Below are positions 52,429-64,000 of a stretch of 64,000 nt of DNA, in pieces. The stretch's first letter is position 1, and every line of letters starts with the position of its first letter. The notes beneath the pieces are model-generated. The model saw nothing but the letters and a program-made list of their open reading frames with translations, ran no database searches and was not told the DNA's origin. Location of the stretch: contig NC_135762.1 of the NCBI RefSeq assembly GCF_052425735.1, positions 10,974,001 to 11,038,000 of the forward strand, in the 5' to 3' direction. The position numbers and the translations under genes were made by a program. This stretch comes from Oculina patagonica. Its lineage: Eukaryota.

Positions 52429-52841
52429 GCTAGCATCATATAGGCTCACAAGGCATGCAAAGAGCTACATCAAAAGCATAGCTCTCTGGACGCATTGCAT
52501 GCCCAGGAAGCTAACAAGTATTTTATTGGCTAGCACCATAATTTTATAGGCTCACAAGGCATACAAAGAGCTACAGCAACATAGCTGTTTGCACGCATTG
52601 CATGCCCATGAGGCGAACTAATATTTTATTGGCTAGCATTACCGGTAATCTTTGTTACTTAGAAATGAAGAATCCATCTGTTTATTTTTCTTTCTTTATA
52701 CAAAATGTGTGTGCAATTTTATATATTATTTCTACAAATACCAGCAACCCCCAGGTACTGAACAATATTGAACAATAATAAATTTTCAAACATATATTAC
52801 TATAAACAAATTTTCCATTTTCACATTGACGTTCCAAGGGG

Positions 52842-55800
52842 TTAAAAGTGCCAATTTGATTTGACATGATGGTTAAGTTCCTTCGATTCCGTGACACTCC
52901 TATCATACTCCTGCCACCAAAGGTCTCTTTCCCCATCATCAACAAGATTGGATGAATGAGGAGAAATTGTATTTTTTTGGCCTTGGGCAGCCATAGTGTT
53001 CTTGAGAAGCAATATGTTCATTTTCTACAAGTCCTGAAGCTTTGCGCTTTAAATTTTCATGAATTCTATCGCAAACTAGACACTCAAATCCTGTTACATA
53101 GTTCTGCTCCTCAAAGGAAGAACCAAATGGGCGATTTGTCATAAAATTTAAAAGCCTCTTATTAGTAACTCCTTTATCTTTAAATTCTAAGTACTTAGCG
53201 TATTCTTTATAATTTCCATCTAGTCTTTTGAATAAAATTAGCCAGCTCCTTTGGACTTTCAAAATCATCTACAAGTATAATAGAATGATCATTGGGCATC
53301 CAATCTAGAACTGTTGGCGATCCTTTATAAATGGGCACAGAACCCAACACAAGTGGTCTCCACAGCTTCTCAGTTATGTAATCTTCACATATTGCATTCT
53401 CAAATGACAATGTAAACTTGTATTTTGCAATGATATCATGAAATCCTTTGTCATCCATGGTCAAAGGGTTCTTGAATTCTTCTGGAAGATCTTTGTTGTG
53501 CAAGCAAGCCCCATAAGAGTCTATTTTTATATATTTCATTAATTCTGCAATGTACTCATCTCTATCTGAGGGTGGATTACATCCACTCTGAACATACACT
53601 ACCGATGCAAGATTGCCGGTACTCTTCTCATGAATGTCATACCGTGGCTTTTTTAGCAGTTCAGCTACTGATGAAAGCATTTGAGTGACCAAAGGGTAAT
53701 CTGATTTCCTTCGGAATGTAGCAGTGTGATTGAAAAGTTCAATTGTAGTCTGATGGTGTAGAATGGGGTTGTTCTTGGGTGATTCTTCATGGATTAAGGC
53801 CCATTCATGGTGTCCTGAATATAGATAAGTTAGAAAGAAAAAATAAATATTAATGAGATCAATTTAGAGAAGGGGGAGAGGGGGGATGGACTTCCCACTT
53901 CCTGTACCTTTTATCCCTGGTTCCCACCCCTTCACAAGTAGTTCCCACCCCTTCACAAGTAGTTCCCACCCCTTCACAAGTAGTTCCCACCTCTTGGTGC
54001 TTTCTCTACTGCAAAGTATTAAGCAATGCTGGAAATTTTCCCCAACTTCTTCCAGTTTCTATCACGTTAGGAATCTGACTTCCCACCCTCTCGTCCTCTG
54101 CCTTCTGTGGAGTCCCTGCAATGCCTCCTTAACTGCCAGGTACCCACATCCCTGTCCCCCTCCACCAGGGTTGTCAGAAAGTTTTGAAGAGGGGGGCATA
54201 AGGGGGGTCAACCGCAAAACCGCACAGAAATACACTACAAAACCGCAAACCGCATCAAATTTTACCAAAACACCGAAACTGCAGTTTCGGTAACAACGGT
54301 AGATAACAACGGTATATAAGACTGGATTTGAGCCGAAGATCTGGCCTGGAACGTCATCAAGTCAACGTATCATTGGATAAAACAGTTAAACACCTCTAGT
54401 ATAAACTGGAAGAGGCTGCAATTACAAGCCACAGGGCAAGTTTGCTTCATAACGAACCCTCATTGTGTAAGCTGATACCCTGTAAAATAAAACACTTGGC
54501 TCAAGCTTGTTTAACTGAAGCAAAACAACCGAATGTGAAAGGATCCAGTGGAAACGTAAGAGAATCATATTACCGCAGACAATTTTCTCACCGACTACCG
54601 CGACCTAAAATTTGTAATAACCGCACACCGGGTAGTCTTGTAAAACCGCAATACCGCAGGTTAAAATAAAAATTACCGCAAAACCGCACATAAAATAATG
54701 CAAAACCGCATCACCGCAAACTCTGACGCCCCCTCTTTGAAGTAGGCGACTTTTTGTTAAAGTAGGTGGCTGATTTTTCTATCTTTTACAAAAGAATAAG
54801 AGGATATCCTAGCAGAGTAGTGGGACAAAAAACATGGGGTAGGTGGCGATTTTCACCGACTGTCAGCTATTTTTGACAACCCAGTTTACATATTATTTCT
54901 GAAAATAACAAGCAACTATCTGAACTACTGAGGACTTGTGTGCACTTTCAAACTATAAAATAGCTTACCAAGCCTTGGAAGAGGTAAGTCATTTGCTGTG
55001 AAAGAAGTGCCGTAGAACATAAAAGCCTTGGTCCTTGGATGTGTCTGAAATTTGCGAGCCTCAGTAAAATAACATTCACCAAGTTTGCACCTCTTGATGT
55101 CATTCCCACGTGTAAATGCAGTCCACCAGAGAATTATGGGTAATTTGTACTTGGCTGCATATGCGGCAGGCTTTCTAAGGTTTTTCAGGATATGATCAAC
55201 TTCATCATAATAAATTTCTTCTGGAAGAAAACAAAGCAATCAAAAAAGTACTACACGGTGGGATGGGGTGCTTTCAATTTTTTGGCTTTCTATATTCTTA
55301 TATTCCTCAAGCTGTGGAAAGATTAAAGGCATGGTGAAGACTGGTCAGAGTTTACTCAGTAAAAAAAAAAGGACCTTGACAGCTACTAACGAGCAAATGT
55401 TACTAAAAGTCAGGGATGGCGGAACAAATTTCCAACTGGGGGGACTGAGTAGTGACTTGAAGCGAGGGGCTTTAGAGAATCTTCTCTTAGTAATTCTTTA
55501 TTTTAAAGGAATCACCCGACACCCAGAGGACACCAGAGGACACCGGGCGCGGGAGACCCGGCGACCGACGCGACGCACGAGGCGGGACACGACAGAGGAG
55601 CCAGCAACCACGCACGCACCCGCCCAGAGCACACAGACCGCACAGCGCCGAGACAGGGCACGAGCGACACAGACGGCGGGAGCGAGGCGGCCCGACAGGC
55701 CCAGACGGAGGGGGGGCCCGACGGGAGGGACTATGCAACTTTATTTGTCCATCATCGGGAACATGTCTTATTATTAAATAATTGGGGGGGGGCTCCTCCC

Positions 55801-56253
55801 CCCGGCTCCACCGTCCCCGAAAGTTGACTAAAACCTTGTCAAAAGTAATGATATTACCCTTCCCCCCTCCACCACCCCCATGGGGCCTGCAGCTCTTATT
55901 TGGGACCCTTCATATAAAATTGGCTCAGATCAAATCATATGCATGAAATTTCCAGTTCTTATAAGCCTGAGTGCACTATTAAGCCAAAAAAGCCAAAGGA
56001 ACACACCTTCGGAATAACGTTCTTTCCAGTTTTCATCCACATCCAGGAAATTGAATATTCTATTTTCATCTTCCTTGATTCTTACGCTGTCATCCTGCCA
56101 TTGAATACCGTCTACAGCTTCAACACCCCCGTCGTAAGGAGTGTCATCACTGTCAAAGATTAAAAACAACTCTGTGGACAACAGAATAACCGCTAGCACA
56201 AAACATAGCCCCAAAAATACTCTGAAGAAACTCCACAGACGAAACACCTCCAT
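52842..56253 (-). CDS. FUT11: GT10 fucosyltransferase, FUT10/FUT11-like; two +1 frameshifts in last exon (probably sequence errors)
   Basis: Exons 56007-56253, 54969-55220 and 52842-53814. Type II TM anchor, then PIILWWT, FYGTSF, WALIHEESPKNN, HTATF, YVQSGCNPPSDR, IDSYGACLHN, YKFTLSFENAICEDYITEKLWRP, FECLVC and HYGCPRP. Total 1472 nt (3n+2), with shifts near 53228 and 52960. FUT10 versus FUT11 cannot be resolved by eye. Confidence 0.85.
53920..53991 (+). repeat. 21-bp minisatellite, ~3.5 copies
   Basis: GTTCCCACCCCTTCACAAGTA repeated. Confidence 0.9.
54189..54735. mobile_element. MITE with AACCGC sub-repeats nested inside a CAGGGTTGTCA-ended element (~54166-54884)
   Basis: Termini GAGGGGGGCAT / GACGCCCCCTC with TTTGAA on both sides. 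Outer TIR CAGGGTTGTCAGAAA / TTTTTGACAACCCAG. Confidence 0.65.
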
Positions 56254-56498
56254 TTGCTGAAGGAAGTTCCATCCTGCAGTGCGAAGTGAATGGCGGGAAA
56301 AACCTGGGATTTAAATAAGAGCGATGTTGATTGGACAATTTTAAACAATACTTCACGGACTTCACCAATCAGACACCGGAATATATTAATCTCCGACGAT
56401 TGTACCACGTTTTTCGGCTTCGATGAAATCGGCATAGTCAGTTCGCTGTCGAAGTTGACGAGGTTTGTGTTGTGTGAGTCAGCAATTTCCTTCTAATA
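56254..56498. promoter_or_regulatory. Bidirectional promoter / 5' UTRs between FUT10/11-like and MRG15
   Basis: Divergent ATGs only 245 bp apart. Opposed CCAAT boxes (GATTGG 56329-56334, CCAATC 56365-56370) and an E2F-like TGGCGGGAAA at 56291-56300. Confidence 0.7.
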
Positions 56499-59400
56499 AT
56501 GCCTCCCAAGTTGAAATTTGGCGAAGGCGAACGAATTCTGTGCTACCACGGTCCTTTGATCTACGAAGCAAAGTGCATGAAAGGGCAGATGAAGGACAAA
56601 GTCACAAGATATCTCATTCATTACAACGGCTGGAATAAGAATTGGGACGAATGGGTGCCAGAAAACCGGGTGCTTAAATTCAACGAGGCTAATCTACAGA
56701 AACAGAGAGAGCTTAGAGAACAAAACTTGTATGTATTACTTTTATTCTTTGAAAACTGCCAGCCTTAAAGCTTTTATATATGTCAGATCGTCGAAGCTTG
56801 CGAGCAACTTTCTCAAAGTTCGAGCTAGCGGTGAACCACGTGCGTTTTATATCGGCGTTTGACCGTGAAGCCTTCTCTTTCTGTTTCTAACGATGAGCGG
56901 CTTATTGGAAGCAAACAATTGATATTAACCGAGGTACTTTGCTTAGTAGGAAGTAAAATCCAAATTTGTGATTTGCGTGATGCCGTTACAAATATTCAAT
57001 TTTGTTTTGGACGAGTTATAAACAAGCTAAGCTTAGGCCTTATTTGCAAACAACAAAATTTTCACTGCAAAGCCACTACCACCAGAAATATTGTTTCTTA
57101 AATTTGGGACATGTAAGCATGAATTCTACTGTTAGCAGGTATTAGAAAGTAAATATTTGTCAAGGGAGACAGCGTTGTAGATAACAATCCAAAATTTGTG
57201 TTTTTAACAACAGTACTGGAAAGGCTTGCATAATCCATTTAGGACCAGAGACTATTTTGTGTTATCCTTGCTGACTTCGCACATTGTGTTATGTAGTGAT
57301 GATGTTAAGTGAAAATGAATTTACTTTTGTTCCTACTGGATTATTTTATCTCAAAGCCATCTCATGGGAAGCAATGCAACTGTGTGAACTTATTGCATAA
57401 TATCAAATGATGCTTTTACTTGCAAACTTGGCACCCAGTTTTCTTTAGACCTCATAAGTATGAAGGTTTGTTGTTGAACTAAGCAGCATCAGTCATAAAA
57501 TTTTGTCAGTTCACCCCAAGCAATGCTACTTTCTATTTCAAAATATTCATGCATTTTTTCCCAACTCAACACCTGGCTTTTCTTTAAAATTCCTTCAGCC
57601 AATACTCAAAACAAAAGCATTACTAACAATATTACATTCAAAACCAAAGAAGATTCAATGGTGGGATTATGGGTTCTCCTTGTTTTTGTGGATCTTTGTG
57701 GTTCCTTATGGTTAAAATAACTGCAGACAAAGTTTAGCATGAACTACATGCTGATGCAAGGAGTTAAGATTTGATAGTGCATTCTATAGATATGAAAACA
57801 GATATCATACAGAGTACATCTTTTTAGACATTTCAGGGTGTAGTATCACTGTGTATTTTATGAGTCATCCTGTATTTTTGAAATCCCATAAGGCAAGTCA
57901 AGACACAAATTAATCTTTCTTCCTCTTCAGGACCCAGAGTGCCTGGTGGCACATGGGGCTTCTGTAAGATGTCTTTACTGCTGCTGGTCTTCTGCCTGTT
58001 GTCTTGTTTTTTCGAGCGTGAGGCCACGCTCCACCAATTCTTTTTCCATCGTTCTTTACCAGCACACAAAATTTATGACTAGTGGAAATGTACAGTGCTC
58101 AACACTGTATAAAACATAAATTGTTGTTAAGAGTTTTATTATCCAAACTTCCTATTATAAAAACCAGACTTGAACAGTGTTTTGTGTTTGCATTGTGGAC
58201 AGTCAGTAATAAGCCTTGTACATGTAACCTGTTAAACTGGTTTGCTAGAGTCCAAATGACATGAGATTTATTTTCTTGTTTTGCATGTTGTATAATTGTA
58301 CTATCAGAGTCTTGTTGTACAATAAGTTGCCATAGCTGCATCTTAGTCTTGTGGTACAGTGCTTATGGCCTCAGCTGTTCCTTACACAAACAACAAAGTA
58401 AACCAACAGGCAGGAGTCCATTTATAGCTTATGCATGCTAAGGTTTGAGATTTGGCCAAGGTTGTAAGCCAGAAATCTTTAGTTTCACTAGTCTTCATAG
58501 TTCCTCTCTGCACTGAGGTGGACAGTGTACAATAAAGTACCAGTGATTTTTGGGATAGCCTGACAAAGAACTGGCAGGTTACCTGTTATGTGTTTTCCAT
58601 TCCATAAAAAAGATGCCATTGTCTGGTTTTCCTTTCCACAATGCATTACCATGACATGCTACAGGAATAAACTACATGTAAAGCCTATTTTTATTATTGT
58701 TAAGCTTTAATCTCGAATCACTATTCACATCCTTGTGTGTTGAAATACTTTTTCTATGCAAGTGCATTGTATAGTAGCCATACTTTATCACTTCATGGTT
58801 TATGGAAAACAAAGTTTAGAGTTCACAGTTCTCAATAGAAATTTAAGCTGCCGTTGCTGGGAGATTTCACCCTTAACAGGGAACATTGTGGCCAAAGGCT
58901 ATGTTACTCAAATCTATCTACTGCAGCAATGCTTTTGCAGCCGTAACACTTTCCAGTGGCACTCATGACAGGTGTTATGGGTTCAACAGAGAACCCTGGA
59001 GTTGCTCTGTTGATCCACCATTCTCAAAAAAGTCACCTACTTAAACAGGAAAGGTGAATGTACTGTATGCAATTATTAAAAGACACAACAAAGTCTGTTT
59101 CACTTTTTCTATACTACTGAGTTGATAACCAGGGCAAGGAATAGAGGGCCTTCGAAAGGCTTGAACTTTCAGTACAAAAATATAATTTCAATAGCATCCA
59201 GCCTTTTGACCATTTTGTTATTACATTATACACTCTCTTTTGCCCTGACAAAAAGCCTACTTGGAGTATTTTTTTAGAATCCCTTCAATGCAGCCAGATT
59301 TTAGTGGCTCCAAGTGGGTTGGCTTAATATATATAATATATTATATATATATATATATATAACATTTATAGCCCTATCCAGGCCTGTTCTAGGCGCACAA

Positions 59401-60302
59401 TCTAAAATTAGCTGATCTAAAATTAAAAATGTAATTAAAAAAATTAAAATGCAGCTAAAATGTACCTGCCAAGGGTTCTACTAAATTGTCTCTTAAAAAT
59501 GGTGATAGCATTCCTTGATGCCTTGGCACATGCATCATTTGGCAGCTCAGTGTGCCAATTCTCTTCCACCTTTATATCAATAGTAACTTGTAAGCTGTGT
59601 TAAGACCTTCACATGTAATTCCTTTCTTTCAGGAAAAACAAGAAATCAAGAAAGCGGACTGTTCAAGCAGTGGGAGAAAACGAAAAGCCTTTAAAACGTG
59701 AACCAGTAGTAGAAGCTCCTGGCCCAGTTAGAAAAAAGAGAACCAGACTAGCTAATCCTATTGAAAGTGATGAGAACTTTGCATCGCGTGTTGATGTAAA
59801 ACTAACTATTCCAGATGATCTCAAGCAATGGCTCATCGATGACTGGGATCTTGTAACACGCCAAAAACAACTAGTCCCCATTCCCAGGAAAAAGAGTGTT
59901 AAAGAGATTTTGGACGAGTATATAAAATCACGAACTGCTAGCCCTGATGATGGCTTGAAGCCAGGGGTTGTCCAAGAGGTTGCAGATGGTATTCAAGAAT
60001 ATTTTAATGTTATGCTGGGCACACAGCTACTATACAAGTTTGAGAGGACTCAGTACGGGGATGTTCTTACTGATCACACAAACCTTCCTATGTCACATTT
60101 GTATGGAGCAGAACATTTGCTGAGACTTTTTGTCAAGCTTGGCAATGCCCTGTCTTTTTCCAGTTTGGATGAGAAGAGTGTACAATTTGTGGTGACGCAC
60201 ATTCAAGACTTTTTAGACTATCTGTCTAAGAATGCAGATAGCTTGTTTACAACTGATTATGAGACTGCCACGCCAGAGTATCATCGCAGAGCAGCCACAT
60301 GA
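56499..60302 (+). CDS. MORF4L1: MRG15 / mortality factor 4-like 1 (chromo-barrel + MRG domain), ~299 aa
   Basis: Exons 56499-56728 and 59633-60302 (phase 2, 900 nt). Motifs LCYHGPLIYEAKC..YLIHYNGWNKNWDEWV and LIDDWDLVTRQKQL..EYFNVMLGTQLLYKFER..YGAEHLLRLFVK..ATPEYHR. Confidence 0.95.
57915..58052 (-). mobile_element. Decayed 3' end of an RTE-type non-LTR retrotransposon in the MRG15 intron
   Basis: Minus strand translates to MEKELVERGLTLEKTRQQAEDQQQ*RHLTEAPCATRH, resembling the typical RTE ORF C-terminus (..AQDR..WR.LV.ALCA.RH). Confidence 0.55.
59326..59361. repeat. (TA)n microsatellite
   Basis: Imperfect TA run. Confidence 0.85.
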
Positions 60303-60998
60303 TGCTTCTTCGCCAAAATATAGTGTCTCATAATTTTTCTAATTTGAATATTAAAGTACGTGCACAACTTTTTTGCATTTGTGAATTCTGCTACAATAAG
60401 ACAGTACAAACAGAACTTTTTATGGTGTGGAATTGTATATGGTTTGTTTGATTTTTTTTTTTTTCACGAGGAAGGCTTTTTGTAACATTTGAACGATCCT
60501 AAGTTGATTGTGGTTGGTGGTTATCTAAAAAGTAAGAAATTTTGATTAAAGCTTTTCTGTGGTTATTCTATGTAAACTTGTGAAACATAAGTTCATTGTA
60601 TATTACATTCACAATTCCATTCATGTAAATTTAGTAACAAAGCACATACTACTTTTGTGGTGATTGTTTTGTTTTGAAAAAAAAAAGATTTAAAGTTGTT
60701 TTTTTACTGTTGCTTTTTGCTGATTTTTACAGGAAAAATTGTTTAATTTGTGTTTTGGCCAGTTCACCAATGTATGATGTGATCTTTGTGAGAACATTTG
60801 ACTGGAGTGTCTTGCAGTATTTTTAGACCTATTGGAAATAAAAAAAGCTGTCCTATTTCCCAATAAGCGTCATGTTTCTTTGATTGAAAAGTTCTTATTT
60901 GCTCACTGAGGACACTAAACAACTAGCAAATTAAATAATATTTTATTGCAAATAGAACACAATCTTGGCAAGAATCCCAACTGGTGAGGGGCAGACCT

Positions 60999-61126
60999 GG
61001 GCCCAGTTGTTCAAAGGGTGGATAACGCTATCCAGTGGATAAGTGAAAATAAAACAAACAGCGCTACCCACTGGATAGTGGTTTATCCGGTGGATAGCAT
61101 TATCCATCTTTTGAATAACCGGGGCC
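60999..61126. mobile_element. Palindromic MITE nested in a reverse SINE remnant (~60950-61220)
   Basis: TIR GGGCCCAGTTGTTCAAA / TTTGAATAACCGGGGCC with internal TATCCA..TGGATA motifs. The flanks rejoin as CCCAACTGG..GGCAGAC-CAG-TTGGCTATTT. A decayed relative lies at ~47045-47180. Confidence 0.75.
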
Positions 61127-61699
61127 AGTTGGCTATTTTCAAAGCGTGGTCGAGAAGTTGAACTTGGGACTTCTGAGAACAAATCCAGTTAGTGGTAAGA
61201 CGAAGGAGATGAACCAGGGACGTACACATTTCCGAAATAGTTAATCAAAGTTAAACAGCCTGGAGGATGGAAGAGTTAAAGTCAGTGCCAGCATGCTGTG
61301 ACATGTCGACTCGACCTCGTTCCCAGGGTCTCTTTCCCCCTTGGGAATGAGGTTGACGTCAACTATAAGCAGTCCCTCATTTCTTCTCAGGGTAAATGGT
61401 CAGTCTCGCCCTTGCATGCATGTTGTGCCTTTTTGTCTAAAGTGATTTTCTTACTTACCCACTCAACTAGTGTCTTTGCAGTAGCCTGGCGGTTTTTTTT
61501 GGGCCCAAAAATAAAACCCCCTTCCCCCTCAACCCCAAAAAAAACCCCCCGTCCCGGCCTTTGCAGCCCTTGTTTAAACCCGTCACACGCTGCTCCATCC
61601 CCCGCCCCTATTAATTAACAGTGTTAGGAAGCATAGAGCCCTAATAGGATCCATTGAAAGAATATGGGAAGAACACCTAGTCGTTCATTGCAATATATA

Positions 61700-62021
61700 C
61701 AGGGTTCAATGGGTCCTGAAAAAGCTGGAAAGCCCTACCTCGGGCAGTGCAAGTCCTAGTAATTTGGCAGTTTCCAGGACTGGAAAGTACTAGACAAAGA
61801 CTATGGTCCTAGGAAAGCTCTGGAAATTCTGTTAAAACTATTTTCTAGTAACCAATGAATTCTCAGAACTTACTTTATAAGAAATGTAAGCCAGACAGTA
61901 AGGGGAAATAAAATTGAGATCTTGGGAGTGAAAGGATTCATGTGCATATTTTATTTGGAGTCTTGGAAAAAATCAATTAGTTGGAAAAGTCCTGGAAAAT
62001 TGTTTGTGAAGGGAGAACCCT
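61700..62021. mobile_element. Degenerate CAGGGTTC-ended MITE
   Basis: CAGGGTTC ... GAACCCT termini and repeated CTGGAAA motifs. Confidence 0.5.
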
Positions 62022-64000
62022 AATAGCTGAAAGAGGTGCCAAGAAAAGTATTAGTGACAATCTAGGGATCCACAGATGATACAACACAAATGATGTACTA
62101 TTTCATGCTTACCAACCATATTTACTTAAATTATTCTAGTGACAATTTGGTCTTTCATATTTAGCTTTTTTTACTTGTACTCAACCCTTTTAAAATTAAA
62201 ATTAAAAAAAAAATACTGTTTTGGTTGAAATAACCCAAACAAGAGAAATCACTTAATTTTAAAATAGTACGGATTTTAGGGACAGGAGGGAAGAATAATG
62301 TCTCCCCCCACCCTACCCCTGCCCGTACAAAATATAAAGAAAGTACTCTCGAACGAGGCTTGTGCCTCACTTTGAATGTCAGAGTGAGCCCAAAGAGACT
62401 GGACCTAGTTTGCGCAGTGACTGCCAACTGAGCATGTCAAGCATGTGATTTTTGTTAGAGGAGTACGAAAATTTCGTTCGAAAAAGCAGGAAAATCGCCC
62501 GTTTGCCTCATGGTATAGCCTTACGATTGAGTTAGTTGGAAAGAGAAATGCCAGATAAAAGTATATTTTGCTGATTGCAGGGATTTCCAAAGGTAAGGGT
62601 GCGCTGATAACCTAATTTGCCGAAGGCTTTCATATGGTGTAACTACGCGTGGTGTGAAATCGCGCCGTTTGTTAGTCAGGGCAGGGTCTTTGTAATTCTG
62701 TTCTGATTATTATAGCATTATTGTTACGGCTTCAAATGGACATTTATCTGTCACTTGCTTTCCTTTGCCAGGTTTTGAAATATTACCCTCGATCCGTTCG
62801 CAAAGAAACGTTCAATTTCCTAGCTGCTTCAAATTTTATTCCACCAAAATCATGGTCGATTGGGTTCGTAACTGCAGTTTTTTCTGTTCAAAATCCAAAA
62901 TCGCTGGTCGTTAAGCGTGACTTCATATGTCATTGCAGCTTCCTCGCTTGAAAAATTCATTTCATGCGGGAAAATAATTGATAAAGTGCTCATTTGTGTG
63001 AAATTGGGGATTCCTTTATGCGCAATTTATCGATAAAATTTCTTTTAAGCTTGCATTTTAACCGGTGCATTCACCTTCGCTTTTAATTGTTTAATACAAA
63101 AGGCTTGATATTTGATGTTATCCCAGTTTTAGCAGCAAAAGGTAAATAGTCTTTTTTTATTGAACTTGAAATATACCGTGAACTATAATCCTGTTTCCAT
63201 TAGCAACACCGAGAAAGCTTCTAGTACAGTGGAAATATTTTTCATTTATATTACATAATTTCTTGATTTTAATCATGGTACAATATTTCCCTATCATACA
63301 CATGTATGGCTTGAGTTTAACAAAAGTTTAAGAAATATCATTCATGTTAAGCTTGACAAAATATAAAGTGTGTTTAGTTTTCACTTTCATTTATTGAGAA
63401 TTTGACATCAAGCAATAACGTCTATCTAACATGTGTGAGGAAATTCATTCAAGTGCAAGTTTATTGACAGCTGCACAGTTATACAAGCAATCTAAGGCAC
63501 CTGGCCCAGGTCAAGTGAAGAGCAGATAAAATCCTTCATGTGATAAATCTCTAATTTGATGGATAAAATTTACCCATTCTACAAATTCAGTTGCGTAGAA
63601 GATCGAATTTTCCAACTAACTGCATCTGAAAGGGCTGATTATCTTTCCTGTAGGTGCAACTGTTTCGGCAAATTGAAAAGATGGTGCTCAGCTGGTTTTG
63701 TTTGTTATTTGTTGAGTTTTGTATCATTTGGTGCAAAATGAAACTTTGACTTTTGTTTACATGTGTGACTAAATATGTGTTTTAAGCGAAAGATTTTCAT
63801 TAGAAAAGTACATGCACATGTAAGGCAAAAAAAAACAACAACTTGCAACTGGTCTTTCTTCTCTGGGTAATGGGCTCTTTTACTTTGAATTAAAATAAGA
63901 GCTACAGTCCATTAACACACAACCATTAAAATACAGAACATGAGCAAAATGAATATAGATCTGGAGTCGGAGACCCTGATCCGGCCACTACGCTTTGCAG

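Larger units (their letters stand above)
51448..52640. repeat. Tandem array of ~86-103-bp self-complementary units spanning an assembly gap
   Basis: Unit starts (CATAGCCCTCTGCA-like) at ~51453, 51550, 51636, 51940, 52031, 52126, 52226, 52477 and 52580. The array is interrupted by a SINE and by Ns. Confidence 0.85.

Noticed and set aside
51448-52640. CRISPR-like array
   Set aside because: Units are contiguous diverged repeats with no unique spacers and no cas genes, in a eukaryotic context.
55268-55777. 169-aa Arg/Thr-rich ORF
   Set aside because: Open mainly because the T-free tract cannot contain stop codons.
61298-64000. Short ORFs at the window end
   Set aside because: Repeat fragments and AT-rich non-coding sequence with no domain evidence.

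Overview
AT-rich, intron-containing animal genomic DNA, most likely from an anthozoan such as a stony coral. That assignment is an inference from gene content and from repeat families I recognise as anthozoan-type. I built eight spliced host gene models by hand from splice signals and reading-frame phase. They are: Pitx (-); two tandem paralogues encoding signal-anchor/furin site/short collagen/3xIg/Caspr-type fibrinogen-like proteins (-); a Kunitz+thyroglobulin-1 inhibitor (-); a testican-like EC+TY protein lacking a Kazal module (-); an uncharacterised Cys/His-domain coiled-coil protein (+); FUT10/11-like (-); and MRG15/MORF4L1 (+), head-to-head with the fucosyltransferase. The window also holds an intact Gypsy-like LTR retrotransposon with identical 163-bp LTRs, CG...CG ends and a 3-bp TSD (Troyka-like), nested in a MITE inside an intron. 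Other repeats include many MITEs and SINEs (several nested), a Penelope-type insertion with a hammerhead-ribozyme motif, a tRNA-headed palindrome with the same insertion geometry, and a hairpin-unit tandem array spanning a 132-N gap. Three +1 frameshifts and a 219-nt T-free tract suggest locally unpolished assembly.
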